From the NCBI RefSeq assembly GCF_006345805.1, contig NW_021823620.1, positions 1-22,548 on the forward strand: 22,548 bases of DNA, in the 5' to 3' direction. The notes below the pieces were generated by a model. The model made no database searches, had not been told where the DNA came from, and saw only the letters and a list, made by a program, of their open reading frames with translations. The translations under genes and the position numbers were made by a program. Positions 11,606 through 22,282 of the stretch are shown here, piece by piece (the stretch's first letter is position 1; each line of letters starts with the position of its first letter). Source of the DNA: Octopus sinensis (lineage: Eukaryota).

Positions 11606-11979
11606 TTTAGAGAGATGTGTTACAGAGAGATAGAGATAGACCAAGAGCGATGATAAAGAGATATACATAGAAACATATGTTAGGTCACTGACGCTAGAAA
11701 ACCGGAAGTAAATATTTTATAAAATTTGAAAGACGCCAGTGCAATGCAAAAAGCAATATTTTTTAAAATTTTTAATATGTGTGTGCGAGTGTGTGTGTGT
11801 GTGTGCGTACGTGAGTGTTTGCATGTGTGTGTGCGTGTGTGCAAGAATGCAGTCCTAAAACACTTTCTTGCGTTTACATTGTGACATTCGCCTTTCTTCT
11901 GCACATATTCAGCCTTGAAAATATGCGCCCATGCATCATATAAGAGCGAGATTTATTTATGTGTGCTTGTGTATACTAA

Positions 11980-12345
11980 TATGTATGTATATATATATAT
12001 ATTTGTATGTATTTATATATCATGATATATTATATATTATATATATATATATATTAATATATATATATATTTAATATATATATATGTGTTTGTGTATGTG
12101 TGTTTATATATGCGTGTGCGTGTGGGTGAGAGAGAGAGTGTGTATGTGTATGTTTTTATATTTGCAGATGGTCTTCATTTGTCAATTAAGCACACGCACT
12201 ATTTGTTTTATCGTCACTTTAGCTGTATTATTATTTTTAACAATGCAGCAATATTAATGTATGATAACCATCCCCATGTATACAATATCTATTTCAATAC
12301 ACATTTCCACATCGAGAATCTGCAAATAATACATAAGCGTATACA

Positions 12346-12430
<85 letters not shown>

Positions 12431-12750
12431 TTATATATTTTTATATTAGTGTTTATGTGTGTGTACGTATATGTATCTATCTTCATATCTATCTCTCCCT
12501 CTGTATGTCTGTTTCTCTCTCTCTCTTGATATATATATATCTATATATATATATATAGTGTATATGTGTGTGTAAGTTATGTATATCTTCATATCTATCT
12601 TTTATGTCTGTCTCCTCTCTTCTCTCTCTGTTTCTCTCTCTCTCTCTCTCTCTTGATATATATATATACATATATATGATCATATACATATATCAGTAAA
12701 TATATATATATATATACGAACATATATATGATCATGTATACATATATATA

Positions 12751-12789
<39 letters not shown>

Positions 12790-12933
12790 GACACTGATTT
12801 GTATAAATATAATCATATATACACAGAATCAGACATATTCATGCATATATGCTTGAAACCTCATCGGCATCTCCTACATGTCTTTATAATACAAGCAAAC
12901 CATTTATTCTCTCAGTTATATACATACATAGAT

Positions 12934-12990
<57 letters not shown>

Positions 12991-13209
12991 ATAAATATAT
13001 TATATATATATAGATAGATAGATAGATGTTTATATATTTATATATATTTGTATATATCAGAAATAAAATTGAATAATACTATGTAACTACCTAAATTATC
13101 ATCATCATATCGAATGTCATTCACCTATCGTTACTGGACTCCCATTTATTTGCAGAATGAGCCATCCGAATGTCTATTAAGATAGACAAGCACAGACACA
13201 CACAAACAC

Positions 13210-13250
<41 letters not shown>

Positions 13251-13616
13251 ACATATATATATATATATAAAATCACATACATGTATTTTCATTTATGCAT
13301 ATATGTATATGTGTATGTATGCACAGTTGTATACATTCATGTGTTTTCGCGTGAGTATGTGGGTTTCTGGTTGAATATATATAATATATGTGGGTGTGAT
13401 CTAGAATGTGTGCAGGGGGGATATTTCTCTGCATATATTTGCGCTTAGTTTGTCCATAGAATGTATGTGTATGTTTATATACACATAAAGAAAATTAGAT
13501 ACATATTATTATAAGTAAATGAACACTTTCGATAGAATATATCTGTATCCATGTAGTGAGAAAATACAAATCAAAGGTGAATGACACTAGTTTTATATAT
13601 ATATTATGTATTCTAG

Positions 13617-13698
<82 letters not shown>

Positions 13699-13700
13699 AT
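11980..13700. repeat. Microsatellite-dense region (TA)n, (CT)n, (CA)n, (GA)n
   Basis: Directly visible; includes (CA)n at 12935-12980 and 13211-13248, and (TA)n(GA)n at 13620-13695. Confidence 0.85.
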
Positions 13701-14160
13701 GTATGTTATGTATATATACGTATTGGTATATATGCAATATATATCAGTACGTATATATTTATATATGAATAAATGCGTATATATATATATATATATATAT
13801 ATGCATACATGCGTCTCTCTCTATATATATGCATACATGCGTCTCTTTCTATATATATGCATATATGCATATATAATGAGTGTGTGCGTGTGTGTCCATT
13901 GCTTCTTTAATGCAGGCTAGTAGTCTTGCTATTTTACTCCTGCTTCTTTTCCTTGGTGTAATCATGATGCTATTTCTAGCAGTTCATTTGGCGTAGTCAA
14001 ATTCCATCTCTCTTGCTTGGATGCGTGAATGTGATTTTATGCCTAAGTGCGAAATATAGATTTTAAGTCCCTAAGGCGGTATATTTTATTTCAGAATTGT
14101 CAGATTACCTTTTAATTCTCCTGACGAAATAGGATTGATCTATGAAACTTCAGCTCATTA

Positions 14161-14680
14161 ATGTTGCTTGATACATGCATATGTACGCCTAGGTTAAATA
14201 TTTTGAAAAAGATTATCAATTACCTATGCAAGACTCCCATCTCCGCAGCACCTGTATCTATTCAAGGAAAAACTCACCGTTCTGTGCAGATCGAGCTTGT
14301 GACTTCAATCAATGCACGCGTTGTTACTATTCTCATAATGAGACACCGAAGCGCTGGCAATAAATATTATCCACAATGCAATAAGGATTATCCACTTGTG
14401 CAGGCTCTGAGTATTGTTGACTTGCAGAGTTATGTTGAAGAGCTGTTATCCAACTTCGGCCGAATCCATCGTTCTCCACCCGCATTTAAGAAGGCAGAGT
14501 AGGCGCATTTCTCCTGTGTGATGGCCATGACGAAAAAGATTGCTGAGAGGATTAATGAAAGACACTTCCGTTTCGGTCAAGCCCGCATCGAATTTATTAC
14601 GTTCTAATCGAAAATGAAAGTGAGGGTGGAAGGGAAGTGCTATCTCCCAGTGTAGAAATATGTGAGAATGTGGCAAAAAT
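14161..14680 (+). pseudogene. Possible decayed LINE ORF1 (L1/Tx1-like RRM plus zinc-knuckle relic)
   Basis: One frame reads ...VQALSIVDLQSYVEELLSNFGRIHRSPPAFKKAE*AHFSCVMAMTKKIAERINERHFRFGQARIEFITF*SKMKVRVEGKCYL. It stays protein-like through the stops and resembles the ORF1 RRM2-to-knuckle layout. No definitive motif. Confidence 0.3.
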
Positions 14681-14897
14681 GTGCTGAGTCAATAGCTCTA
14701 CTCTAAGCAAGCACCTATAGATTGGAGAGCAACAGCTGCGAGCAAGCTCGATTGGTGATCAGAGCAATCCTGGATCTGTGGGCTTCCTCAATTGGCCCCT
14801 GTCGAGTCTATCGCGTTTCTTCCTTCTCAAAATAAATTGTTTTACTGTCATTTTAATGTCCCCATATTCATGCCCCAGTGGATAAAAATTGAAGTCG

Positions 14898-14900
<3 letters not shown>

Positions 14901-14973
<73 letters not shown>
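14901..14973. repeat. (ATT)n microsatellite
   Basis: Directly visible. Confidence 0.97.
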
Positions 14974-14975
<2 letters not shown>

Positions 14976-14977
14976 TT

Positions 14978-15214
14978 TATTGAGTGAGAGAGCAGTGCAT
15001 GCCATCAAAGTGACACTGGGATACAAATATACGAAGCCCAGCATACCCATCATGACTACCCGTCTGATAAGGGTACACTAGGCACATGCATCACAACCAT
15101 ATGTGCACGACATGGTGATCTCATATCAAGATAAACAGCACATGACCTTGCAGGTGGGGCCCAGTTACACTTTTCTTCTGGTCGATTAACTCATCCCACT
15201 CAAAAGGCCCCTGA
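14978..15214 (-). mobile_element. Interspersed retro-element fragment embedded in (TAA)n
   Basis: tgagtgagagagcagtgcatgccatcaaagtgacactggg...caaaaggcccctga is a sequence I recall as a high-copy Octopus repeat. It is flanked on both sides by TAA/ATT repeats. Strand is inferred from the (TAA)n tail. Confidence 0.55.
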
Positions 15215-15224
15215 TAATAATATC

Positions 15225-15277
15225 ATTATTATTATTATCATTTTTATTTATCATTATCATCATCATCATCATCAGTT

Positions 15278-15332
<55 letters not shown>
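15225..15332. repeat. (ATT)/(CAT)n and (GTA)n microsatellites
   Basis: Directly visible. Confidence 0.95.
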
Positions 15333-15333
<1 letters not shown>

Positions 15334-15394
15334 CTACATGGTAGACTTGCAAGGGCCCTGTTCCAAAATTCACTTGTCCGTAACGGAAAATACT

Positions 15395-15660
15395 CCAGTA
15401 CTCTTACCACCAGAGAATAGAAATTTTCAATGAAGCACTTTTGCTACTTCATCGTGTTGCAACAACTTATGTTGATTTGGGCGAGGGCTTCGTCAAATTT
15501 GTTACAGATTCGGCACAGTGGAGACACTTGTTTATTTCTAAGGTCGACCCTCCAATATATGGCCAATGGTCGGACTAGCGCTGTTAGCATTGTGGTCTGT
15601 CATTTTCTCCAGTGTCCCCTTCTTCAACCAGTGCCCCTGATTATCTCCAATAGCGTCAGT
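15395..15660 (-). mobile_element. R4/Dong-clade (restriction-like endonuclease) LINE fragment, degenerate
   Basis: Minus strand with frameshifts: HWLKKGTLEKMT / TMLTALVRPLAIYWRVDLRNKQVSPLCRICNKFDEALAQINISC / QHDEVAKVLH*KF...VRVLE. This matches the WLxxGxL...SPLCRxC(CCHC knuckle)...RHDxVAxxLHW signature of R4/Dong elements. Confidence 0.8.
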
Positions 15661-15664
15661 TATT

Positions 15665-15900
15665 AGGGAGGGGAGCTCGCAAAATCGTTAGCAAGCCGGA
15701 GAAAAATTTTAGTGGCATTTCGTTCTATTTTACTTTCCGAGTTCCAATTCTTCATCCTTTCGGGGACAGTAAATAAGTTCTAGTTAAACACCGAGTTCGA
15801 TGTACTCCACTTACCCACTTCACCGAAATTGCTGGCCTTGGGCCAAAATCTGAATTCGTTAGCACGCCTAGCAAAATAACTGGCGGCCTTTCGTCCGTCT
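15665..15900 (+). mobile_element. Degraded tRNA-derived SINE followed by a second partial head
   Basis: ggaggggagctcgcaaaatcgttagcaagccgg head; B-box-like gagttccaattc (~15739-50); ttcatcctttcgggg core; ggccttgggccaaaat end; repeat of the head ttcgttagcacgcc at ~15855. Confidence 0.7.
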
Positions 15901-16507
15901 GTTGTATCTTTGTTGCTGTTGTTTTTACCCTTAAGTTAACCTATAAGAAAGGTATTCCAGAAATGACCAACCTGTATTTCTACATGTTTCTAGGACTGTT
16001 ATTTTTCATATCATTTTGAAAAGGTCTCGAAATGTTGCAAATTTAAATTGGCCTCGCCAAATTTCGAACTCAAACCCTTGAGAACTGGAAGAAATAACAC
16101 TAGACTTATCAACCGATACTGTAACACAATAGTTCTGAACAGAGTTGTTGCGACACCTTAGCAAGGAATAGGCAGTAGATGATATTAATCGTAGACTAAT
16201 ACGATTTATTGCTTATAAGGTAGATTTTTCAAGATTTTTTATTCCCTCTACAAAGTGTCACCTACATGAAACATAAGGAGGTAGCATAACGTAGGAATCC
16301 ATTGCCCAAAATTCTCTATAAGTTCATTGTTTCTCTCTCGTATTCCCTGGCCCCTTTTCTCACTTTCTCTACCTGTGTGTCTCTTTCTGTCTCTCTTCCT
16401 TTCCCACTCTCTCTTTCTCAATTAATTATTTCCATGTTGATTGTGTTTAATTAACAGATCTAATTTCTCCTCCACACACAGTCATAATAATATATTCGGC
16501 TATGATC

Positions 16508-16720
16508 AAGGAGGTGGATAGGCAAAATCGTTAGAGTATCATATGAAATTCCTTGCGTTATTGAGCTATTCCCTATTTAAATTCAACCCTCACTGAGGTC
16601 GACCTAGCTGATATTGCTTTATGGGTTTGAAAAAAATTAAGTATTAGAAACATAATAGGCTTCATATTTAATTGACCGTTCTCATCAACACAAATTTATG
16701 CCTAAATTAGAAATCAATAT
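16508..16720 (+). mobile_element. Highly degraded copy of the same SINE family
   Basis: aaggaggtggataggcaaaatcgttag head matches 15665; ctgaggtcgac core; aaattaagta; gcctaaattagaaa end. Confidence 0.55.
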
Positions 16721-16819
16721 GGTTATTTGTGGTCAATTACTTTGTTATTGGTGCAAAGTAAAGAAAGAGATTTTTTTCAAGTATAACAATAATTGATTAA
16801 TGTGCAGCCTTTTAACGGA

Positions 16820-17055
16820 TATAATATTAATATAATATACAGTATAATATAATACAATATCGTATTCTCCGTATTATAATATGATATAGTCTAGTGAAAT
16901 ATAAATATAATATAATGTGTTATCATATGCTATAATATAATATGATCTAATATATAATGTACTATAATATGCTATAATACAATATATGTAATATAATATA
17001 AAATAATATAGGATAATGATTTCTAACACAATATAATATAATGGAATGATAATAC
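16820..17055. repeat. Degenerate (ATAAT)n pentanucleotide satellite
   Basis: Periodicity-5 tataa/taata units with substitutions. Confidence 0.75.
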
Positions 17056-17136
17056 GAAATAAAATTAAAAGCTATGAATACATACATGCAGATATATGAG
17101 TTTGTGAGTGTCTATATAAGATATATATATAATATT

Positions 17137-17177
<41 letters not shown>

Positions 17178-17326
17178 ATGTGTTGTGTGTGTGTGTATTC
17201 ATATACATGTACATAAACATAAAATAACACACATACACCTACACGTGTCTTCGCATGTGTGTGAGTGTGTGTACACAGCATTAATATGAAATTTTAAAAA
17301 ATAAATAAAATAAAATAGCAGCATCA

Positions 17327-17409
17327 CAATAATAATAATAATAATGATAATAATAATAATAATAATAATAATAATGGTAATAATAGTAATAATAATAATA
17401 ATAATAACA

Positions 17410-17477
<68 letters not shown>

Positions 17478-18401
17478 TTAACATTATAACAAAGGTATTG
17501 ATGTGAACAACAAAAAGATTTAATACTAGCAACAAGAATGTAAGATTCACACACAAACACAACACATACACAAAAAACAATAAACAACCATAAGAAATAC
17601 AACACAAACACAGAAAAAAACCCCAACCTAAGTAAACTGACTGAATAACTAAATAACTAACTAAAGAAATATATAAATGCAACAAAATAAACAAATATAT
17701 AACGAAGAGAGTGAATGTTTCCGGCTAAAAATAATGAAATGGTTAATAAATAGCAAGTTTATAGAGACGATGTTGTGTAAGTCACTAGATTAACACTAAA
17801 TGCTTGCTGATTGTCTGATCACTAGCCTCGGTTTTTTCTTTGTGTTTTCGTGGTGTTTTTCTAGTGTTTTTGTACTACAGTTTTTGTTTTTGTTTTTGTT
17901 GTTGTTGTTGTTGTCTCGTTTGTTTTATTTTTGTCTTGCTTTGTTTGTTTTCTATCTTTGCTTGTTTTTACTTTTTATTTTTCTTTGCTTTACTTTATGT
18001 GGTTTTAATTTTCCCTCCACCCTCAACACCACCACCACCACCACCATCACCGCGACCACCACCGCTACCACCTTAGTTTGTTTTGTAGCTGTTGTTGTCT
18101 TTTAAACAGTTGAGTGTCTAACTTCCGGTAACGGAACAATATTTCATTATCGTACAAAATTATGGAATTTCTCGTACGATTCAGATATAAAAAAAACTAA
18201 ACAATAATAATAACATAATAATAACAATAATAATGATAATAATAAAAATGATAATAATAATAATAACAATAATAATAATAAGGGTAATGATAATACTAAT
18301 GATATATACAATAAATAATAAAAAATAAATCAGACAAACACTCAATCAGACAAACAAACAAAAACACAACTATAAACAAACAGCAATTATATAAATAAAA
18401 A

Positions 18402-18446
<45 letters not shown>

Positions 18447-18660
18447 ATAAATACAAAAGATAAATAAATATACAAATAGAAGTTAACAAAATCATCATCA
18501 AAGACGGAAAGCAAAACAAAAAAAAAAGATTCGGTAGTGAGGAAGTGTAGGTGGTAGAGGTTGCTATGGTGATGGTGGGGATATTGTTGCTATAGGTAGT
18601 GGTGGTGGCGGCGGGGTATGGTGATGGGTGGAGGAAGTAAATGATAGGAAACGACAAAAA
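17327..18660. repeat. Low-complexity domain: (AAT)n, A/C-rich, T/G-rich, (ACC)n, (AAT)n, (GGT)n tracts
   Basis: Directly visible. Confidence 0.85.
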
Positions 18661-18832
18661 AAAAAAATAAACAGCTAAATAGATAGCAGAATAATCAAAG
18701 AAAACGAAATGAAATCAATGAATAAATAAATATAGAAATGTATATGTTGTGTGTATGTATATAAATATATATATATATATATATAATATATATATATATA
18801 TAATATATATATATATATATACATATACTTAC

Positions 18833-18880
<48 letters not shown>

Positions 18881-19414
18881 ATATACACACACACACACAC
18901 ACAATATATATATATATATATATATTATATACGTAGAGATAGAGATGAAAATGTCATAAGAACAAAGCTATATATTTATACACACGCTTATATGTAAGTA
19001 GAGAGGGAAAGATAAACAGCGGGAGTTAACATATATATGTGTGTATATGTGAGTATTTTTGTGTGCATGTGTATGTGTGTGTTTGCGTGTATTGACACAC
19101 ATACACACACACACACACACAACAGACGCACACTCTTTCTCTTAAACACTCATACACAAAGTATACCACGAAAAAAAAAAGAAGAAATTAACAACGAACG
19201 CTTAAGTAAATATGTTGATAAAAAAACATCGGAGAAAACACTTTTATGATATCTTTGTAATTAACAAATTTATTCATATTATTATCATTATTATTTACTA
19301 TCTGAATAATATTTTAGCGCCCTCATTACGTTTTCTTTGCATATATGTATATACTCATATATGTTACAAAATTCTATGTGTGTGTGTGTGTGTTAACTCT
19401 TTTTAAAAAATGGA

Positions 19415-19590
19415 TTTCTTACAAAGGCACAAGACCAAGAAAGTTACTAACGACGTGGGGTGTCATGGTCGAATAAATACACTTCTGTATTTGTCTGATA
19501 TTTTATTTGAACAAAATTGCCATCCCAGCTATAAGGAATGAAGTTTTTACTATAATGATCCGTCTCCGAACGCAAAGGCAAGCGACTATT
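19415..19590 (-). mobile_element. Degraded SINE remnant (same family as 15665, opposite strand)
   Basis: tttcttacaaaggcacaagacc...gtcgaataaat...tgatattttattt...aaaggcaagcgac follows the reverse-complement order of that family's 3' end and core. Confidence 0.4.
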
Positions 19591-19699
19591 TTACACATGT
19601 GAAATATTACAGATTGTTCTACTGATTCTTATAACCCAGCCCTTCTTTCCCAATGGATACACACTCACATATATATGAATATACATATATATAAATATA

Positions 19700-20035
19700 T
19701 TTGACTCGACTCCGTCGGTCATGAATGGCAATGGGTGTACCTAAGAGGTTCCCCCCTGTGGTAAAATCTGTGCGGAAAGTCGCCTCACCGGTGAACACAG
19801 AACTTAATGTTGAAGACCAACAGACGCCCATACATACCAGCATGTTATCCAAGGGAAAGGCAAAGGCGATACAGCTTGGCACCGATGACGTCGCAGCTCA
19901 TTCTACAGTTGAGTGATAAGGAGCAACGTGAAATGAAGTGCTTGCTCAAGAACACCACATGCAGCCCGGTACAGGAATCGAACTCATACCCTCACCATCG
20001 TAAGCTCGACCCTCTAACCACTGAGCCATGCGCCT
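19700..20035 (-). mobile_element. tRNA-derived SINE with intact Pol III A and B boxes
   Basis: Minus strand starts aggcgcaTGGCTCAGTGGttagag (A box 20018-28) with GAGTTCGATTCC (B box ~19974-85), followed by gtgttcttgagcaagcacttcatttcac, a conserved SINE central domain. The left boundary is approximate. Confidence 0.88.
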
Positions 20036-20146
20036 ACACACACACACACACACACACATACACACTCACACACACACATACACAAACACACACACACACA
20101 CTCACATACATACATATATAACTATTGCTCAACTATTTTCTCAACC

Positions 20147-20194
20147 GTCTCCGATGAAGGGATATATAAAGTATCCCGGAAACAGCTGTAAGAC
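20147..20194 (+). ncRNA. Minimal type I hammerhead ribozyme (PLE-type, palindromic stem III), variant core
   Basis: gtct-CCGATGA-a-gggatat(ataaa)gtatccc-g-GAAAC-agct-GTA-agac: stem I gtct/agac, 7-bp stem II, palindrome ACAGCTGT, GUA cleavage site at 20188-90. The core has C in place of U4. Confidence 0.75.
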
Positions 20195-20435
20195 CTATTT
20201 ATAAATGTTCTGAAGACTTTCACAGCTTTGGATTTTTATCTCATTCTGAAAATTTTGTTTATATATACACATGCTCATATATGACCTACATTGGACTCCT
20301 CATTCGCATAATCACCGAACCTGGAGCTCAGCTATAGTCTGTCCATAGCACTTACTCAGCATTACCTGACACCTTTGGATCTTATTGACACCATTACCTC
20401 CCATAACCTCCCTCTCTCTCTCTCGCTTTCTCTGT

Positions 20436-20473
<38 letters not shown>

Positions 20474-20477
<4 letters not shown>

Positions 20478-20777
20478 CCTTAAATCCTTAAAAATGTTTT
20501 AGCCCGAAGGCCGCGGCCATGCTGGGGCACCACCGCTGAATGAGCCACACTAGTTTGTGAATCCACCTCTGATACGTGGCACTTGATCAACAAGGGAGTT
20601 CGATGCTGCTGCCCGCATCCGCGTCTCCTGTCGTGAGGTAGGTTCATCTGGGACTTCCAACAAGAAGAGATCCAGTTTAGTTTTAAAGAAACCCACATCC
20701 ACACCATGTAAGTCTCTCAGGCATTTAGGGAGGATGTTGAAAAGCTGTGGTCCTCTGAAACCCAAGCTGTTGCAGTA

Positions 20778-20780
<3 letters not shown>
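20474..20780 (-). mobile_element. CR1/L2-clade LINE, 5'-truncated 3' end with stem-loop and (TAAGGATT)n tail
   Basis: Minus strand [47 protein letters not shown]...[11 protein letters not shown]. 3' UTR ggtggtgccccagcatggccgcggcc-ttcg-ggctaaaac, then tttaaggatttaaggattt. Inserted in (TA)n. Confidence 0.92.
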
Positions 20781-20817
<37 letters not shown>

Positions 20818-20818
20818 G

Positions 20819-20853
<35 letters not shown>

Positions 20854-20914
20854 GTGTATATATACATATATAATATATGTGTCATATATATATATCACCT
20901 ATATATATATATAC

Positions 20915-20958
<44 letters not shown>

Positions 20959-20968
20959 TATATATATA

Positions 20969-21005
<37 letters not shown>

Positions 21006-21289
21006 GTATATATATATATATAATATTATATATATATACACACATTATTATATATGTATATATACACACACATATATTTATGTACTCTTTAAAAATACAT
21101 ACACACAAACACGCACACACATACACACAAACACACACCTATATATATATACACATACATACATCTATTAACGAGAAAAGGACAACAAAAACGAAGGCAG
21201 CATGAATATCTCAAGTCAATTATAATATTTAGAGTAAGTTGAATTTGCGGTAATTAAGTATTTAATTAGTTAATTAATTAATTATTGGA

Positions 21290-21367
21290 TGCCGTACAGC
21301 TGTTTCTAGTATATCCCAAGTGATAGGTTAACATGTCCATACGCTGGGTAACCCGTCATCAGAGACA
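21290..21367 (-). ncRNA. Type I hammerhead ribozyme, extended stem II, palindromic stem III
   Basis: Minus strand tgtct-CTGATGA-(49-nt stem II with cccag/ttggg)-GAAAC-agct-GTA-cggca. Core intact; the core-proximal pair of stem I is mismatched. Confidence 0.7.
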
Positions 21368-21548
21368 AGTGAGAATGTATGAATGTTCTAGACAGACAAT
21401 TCACAGGTAAAGGAATAAGATAGTAGATTGACAAATGAAGAGTAAAACATTAGGTAGAGTAATACTGTTTTACTCTTTACTCTTCTATTTCCAATTTTAT
21501 TCCGTTATAACCTGTGAATTCCGTCTAAAACTTTCATACATATTCACC

Positions 21549-21628
21549 ATGTCTCTGATGACAGAATACCCAGTCTATAGGGATGCTAACCTATCACTTG
21601 GGATATCCCAGAAGCAGCTGTAAGACAT
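21549..21628 (+). ncRNA. Type I hammerhead ribozyme, extended stem II, palindromic stem III (GAAG variant)
   Basis: atgtct-CTGATGA-(cagaatacccag...atagg/cctat...ttgggatatccca)-GAAGC-agct-GTA-agacat. Perfect 6-bp stem I; GAAA is changed to GAAG. Confidence 0.7.
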
Positions 21629-21849
21629 CCAATAATTAATTAACTGAAAAATTATAAATTAATTGCCACAAATTCGCCTTCCTCTAATTGAATATTATAA
21701 AGGACTTGAGATACCCGACCTTGTTGGCCTTTTTCTTCTAATATATACCTGCTAACTCAAACGGATAACAATTCAGAGCACTTACGTAGCGTACCTATTC
21801 GCTTAGATCACCAGTGATCTAGCCCGTTCATATTCTATACACACACATG

Positions 21850-21897
<48 letters not shown>

Positions 21898-21919
21898 TTA
21901 TATATAATTATATTATATA

Positions 21920-21951
<32 letters not shown>

Positions 21952-21977
21952 CACACACACACATATATATATATATA

Positions 21978-22010
<33 letters not shown>

Positions 22011-22011
<1 letters not shown>

Positions 22012-22253
22012 TTTTTAAATTATTTTTAATTGTTTCAGCCGGTTTGACTGCCGCTATCCTGGACCAACGCCTTGAAGGTTTCTTTTTTTAGTAGACCAAA
22101 TCAACCCTAAGACTTATTTCTTAGGCCTAGTACTTTATTTTATCGGGTTCTGTTGCCGAAAAGCTAATGCGCGGGGAAGGAAACGCACCAGCACCGGTTG
22201 TCAGTCGGTAATGGGGGCATAGCCACAGTCACAAAGACAAACACACACACACA
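22011..22253 (-). mobile_element. SINE 3' half with CR1/L2-like 3' tail
   Basis: tgtttcagccggtttgactgccgctatcctggaccaacgccttgaagg...gacttatt...gcctagtactt...tgccgaaaagctaa...accagcaccggttgtc...(CA)n matches an abundant octopus SINE I recall. The tRNA head is not present in the window. Confidence 0.75.
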
Positions 22254-22282
22254 TACTTATATATATATATATATATATATCA

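Larger units (their letters stand above)
21165..21748. mobile_element. Inverted (head-to-head) pair of PLE-like pLTRs, ~285-bp diverged arms
   Basis: Reverse-complement matches: tatctcaagtc/gacttgagata, attattggatg/catccaataat, tatcccaagtgataggtta/taacctatcacttgggata, gtcatcagagaca/tgtctctgatgac, aattcacaggt/acctgtgaatt, aagagtaaaaca(21438-49)/tgttttactctt(21466-77). Confidence 0.85.

Noticed and set aside
12470-13865. Short local duplications (~12478/12584 and a 28-bp unit at ~13795-13860)
   Set aside because: Ordinary slippage products within microsatellites.
17772-17802. miR-279-like sequence tcactagattaacact
   Set aside because: The seed differs from TGACTAGA and there is no ~60-nt precursor hairpin.
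19960-20035. tRNA gene on the minus strand
   Set aside because: A and B boxes are present, but acceptor and anticodon stems do not pair well and the sequence continues into a SINE body.
677-20780. The two CR1-like fragments as halves of one element split by an inversion
   Set aside because: The ~39-nt overlap is clearly diverged and each fragment has its own distinct 3' tail, so they are independent insertions.
3145-21205. Dozens of YIYI/HTHT/CVCV/poly-I/poly-L/poly-S ORFs in the track
   Set aside because: They are translations of stop-free microsatellites, with no protein motifs.
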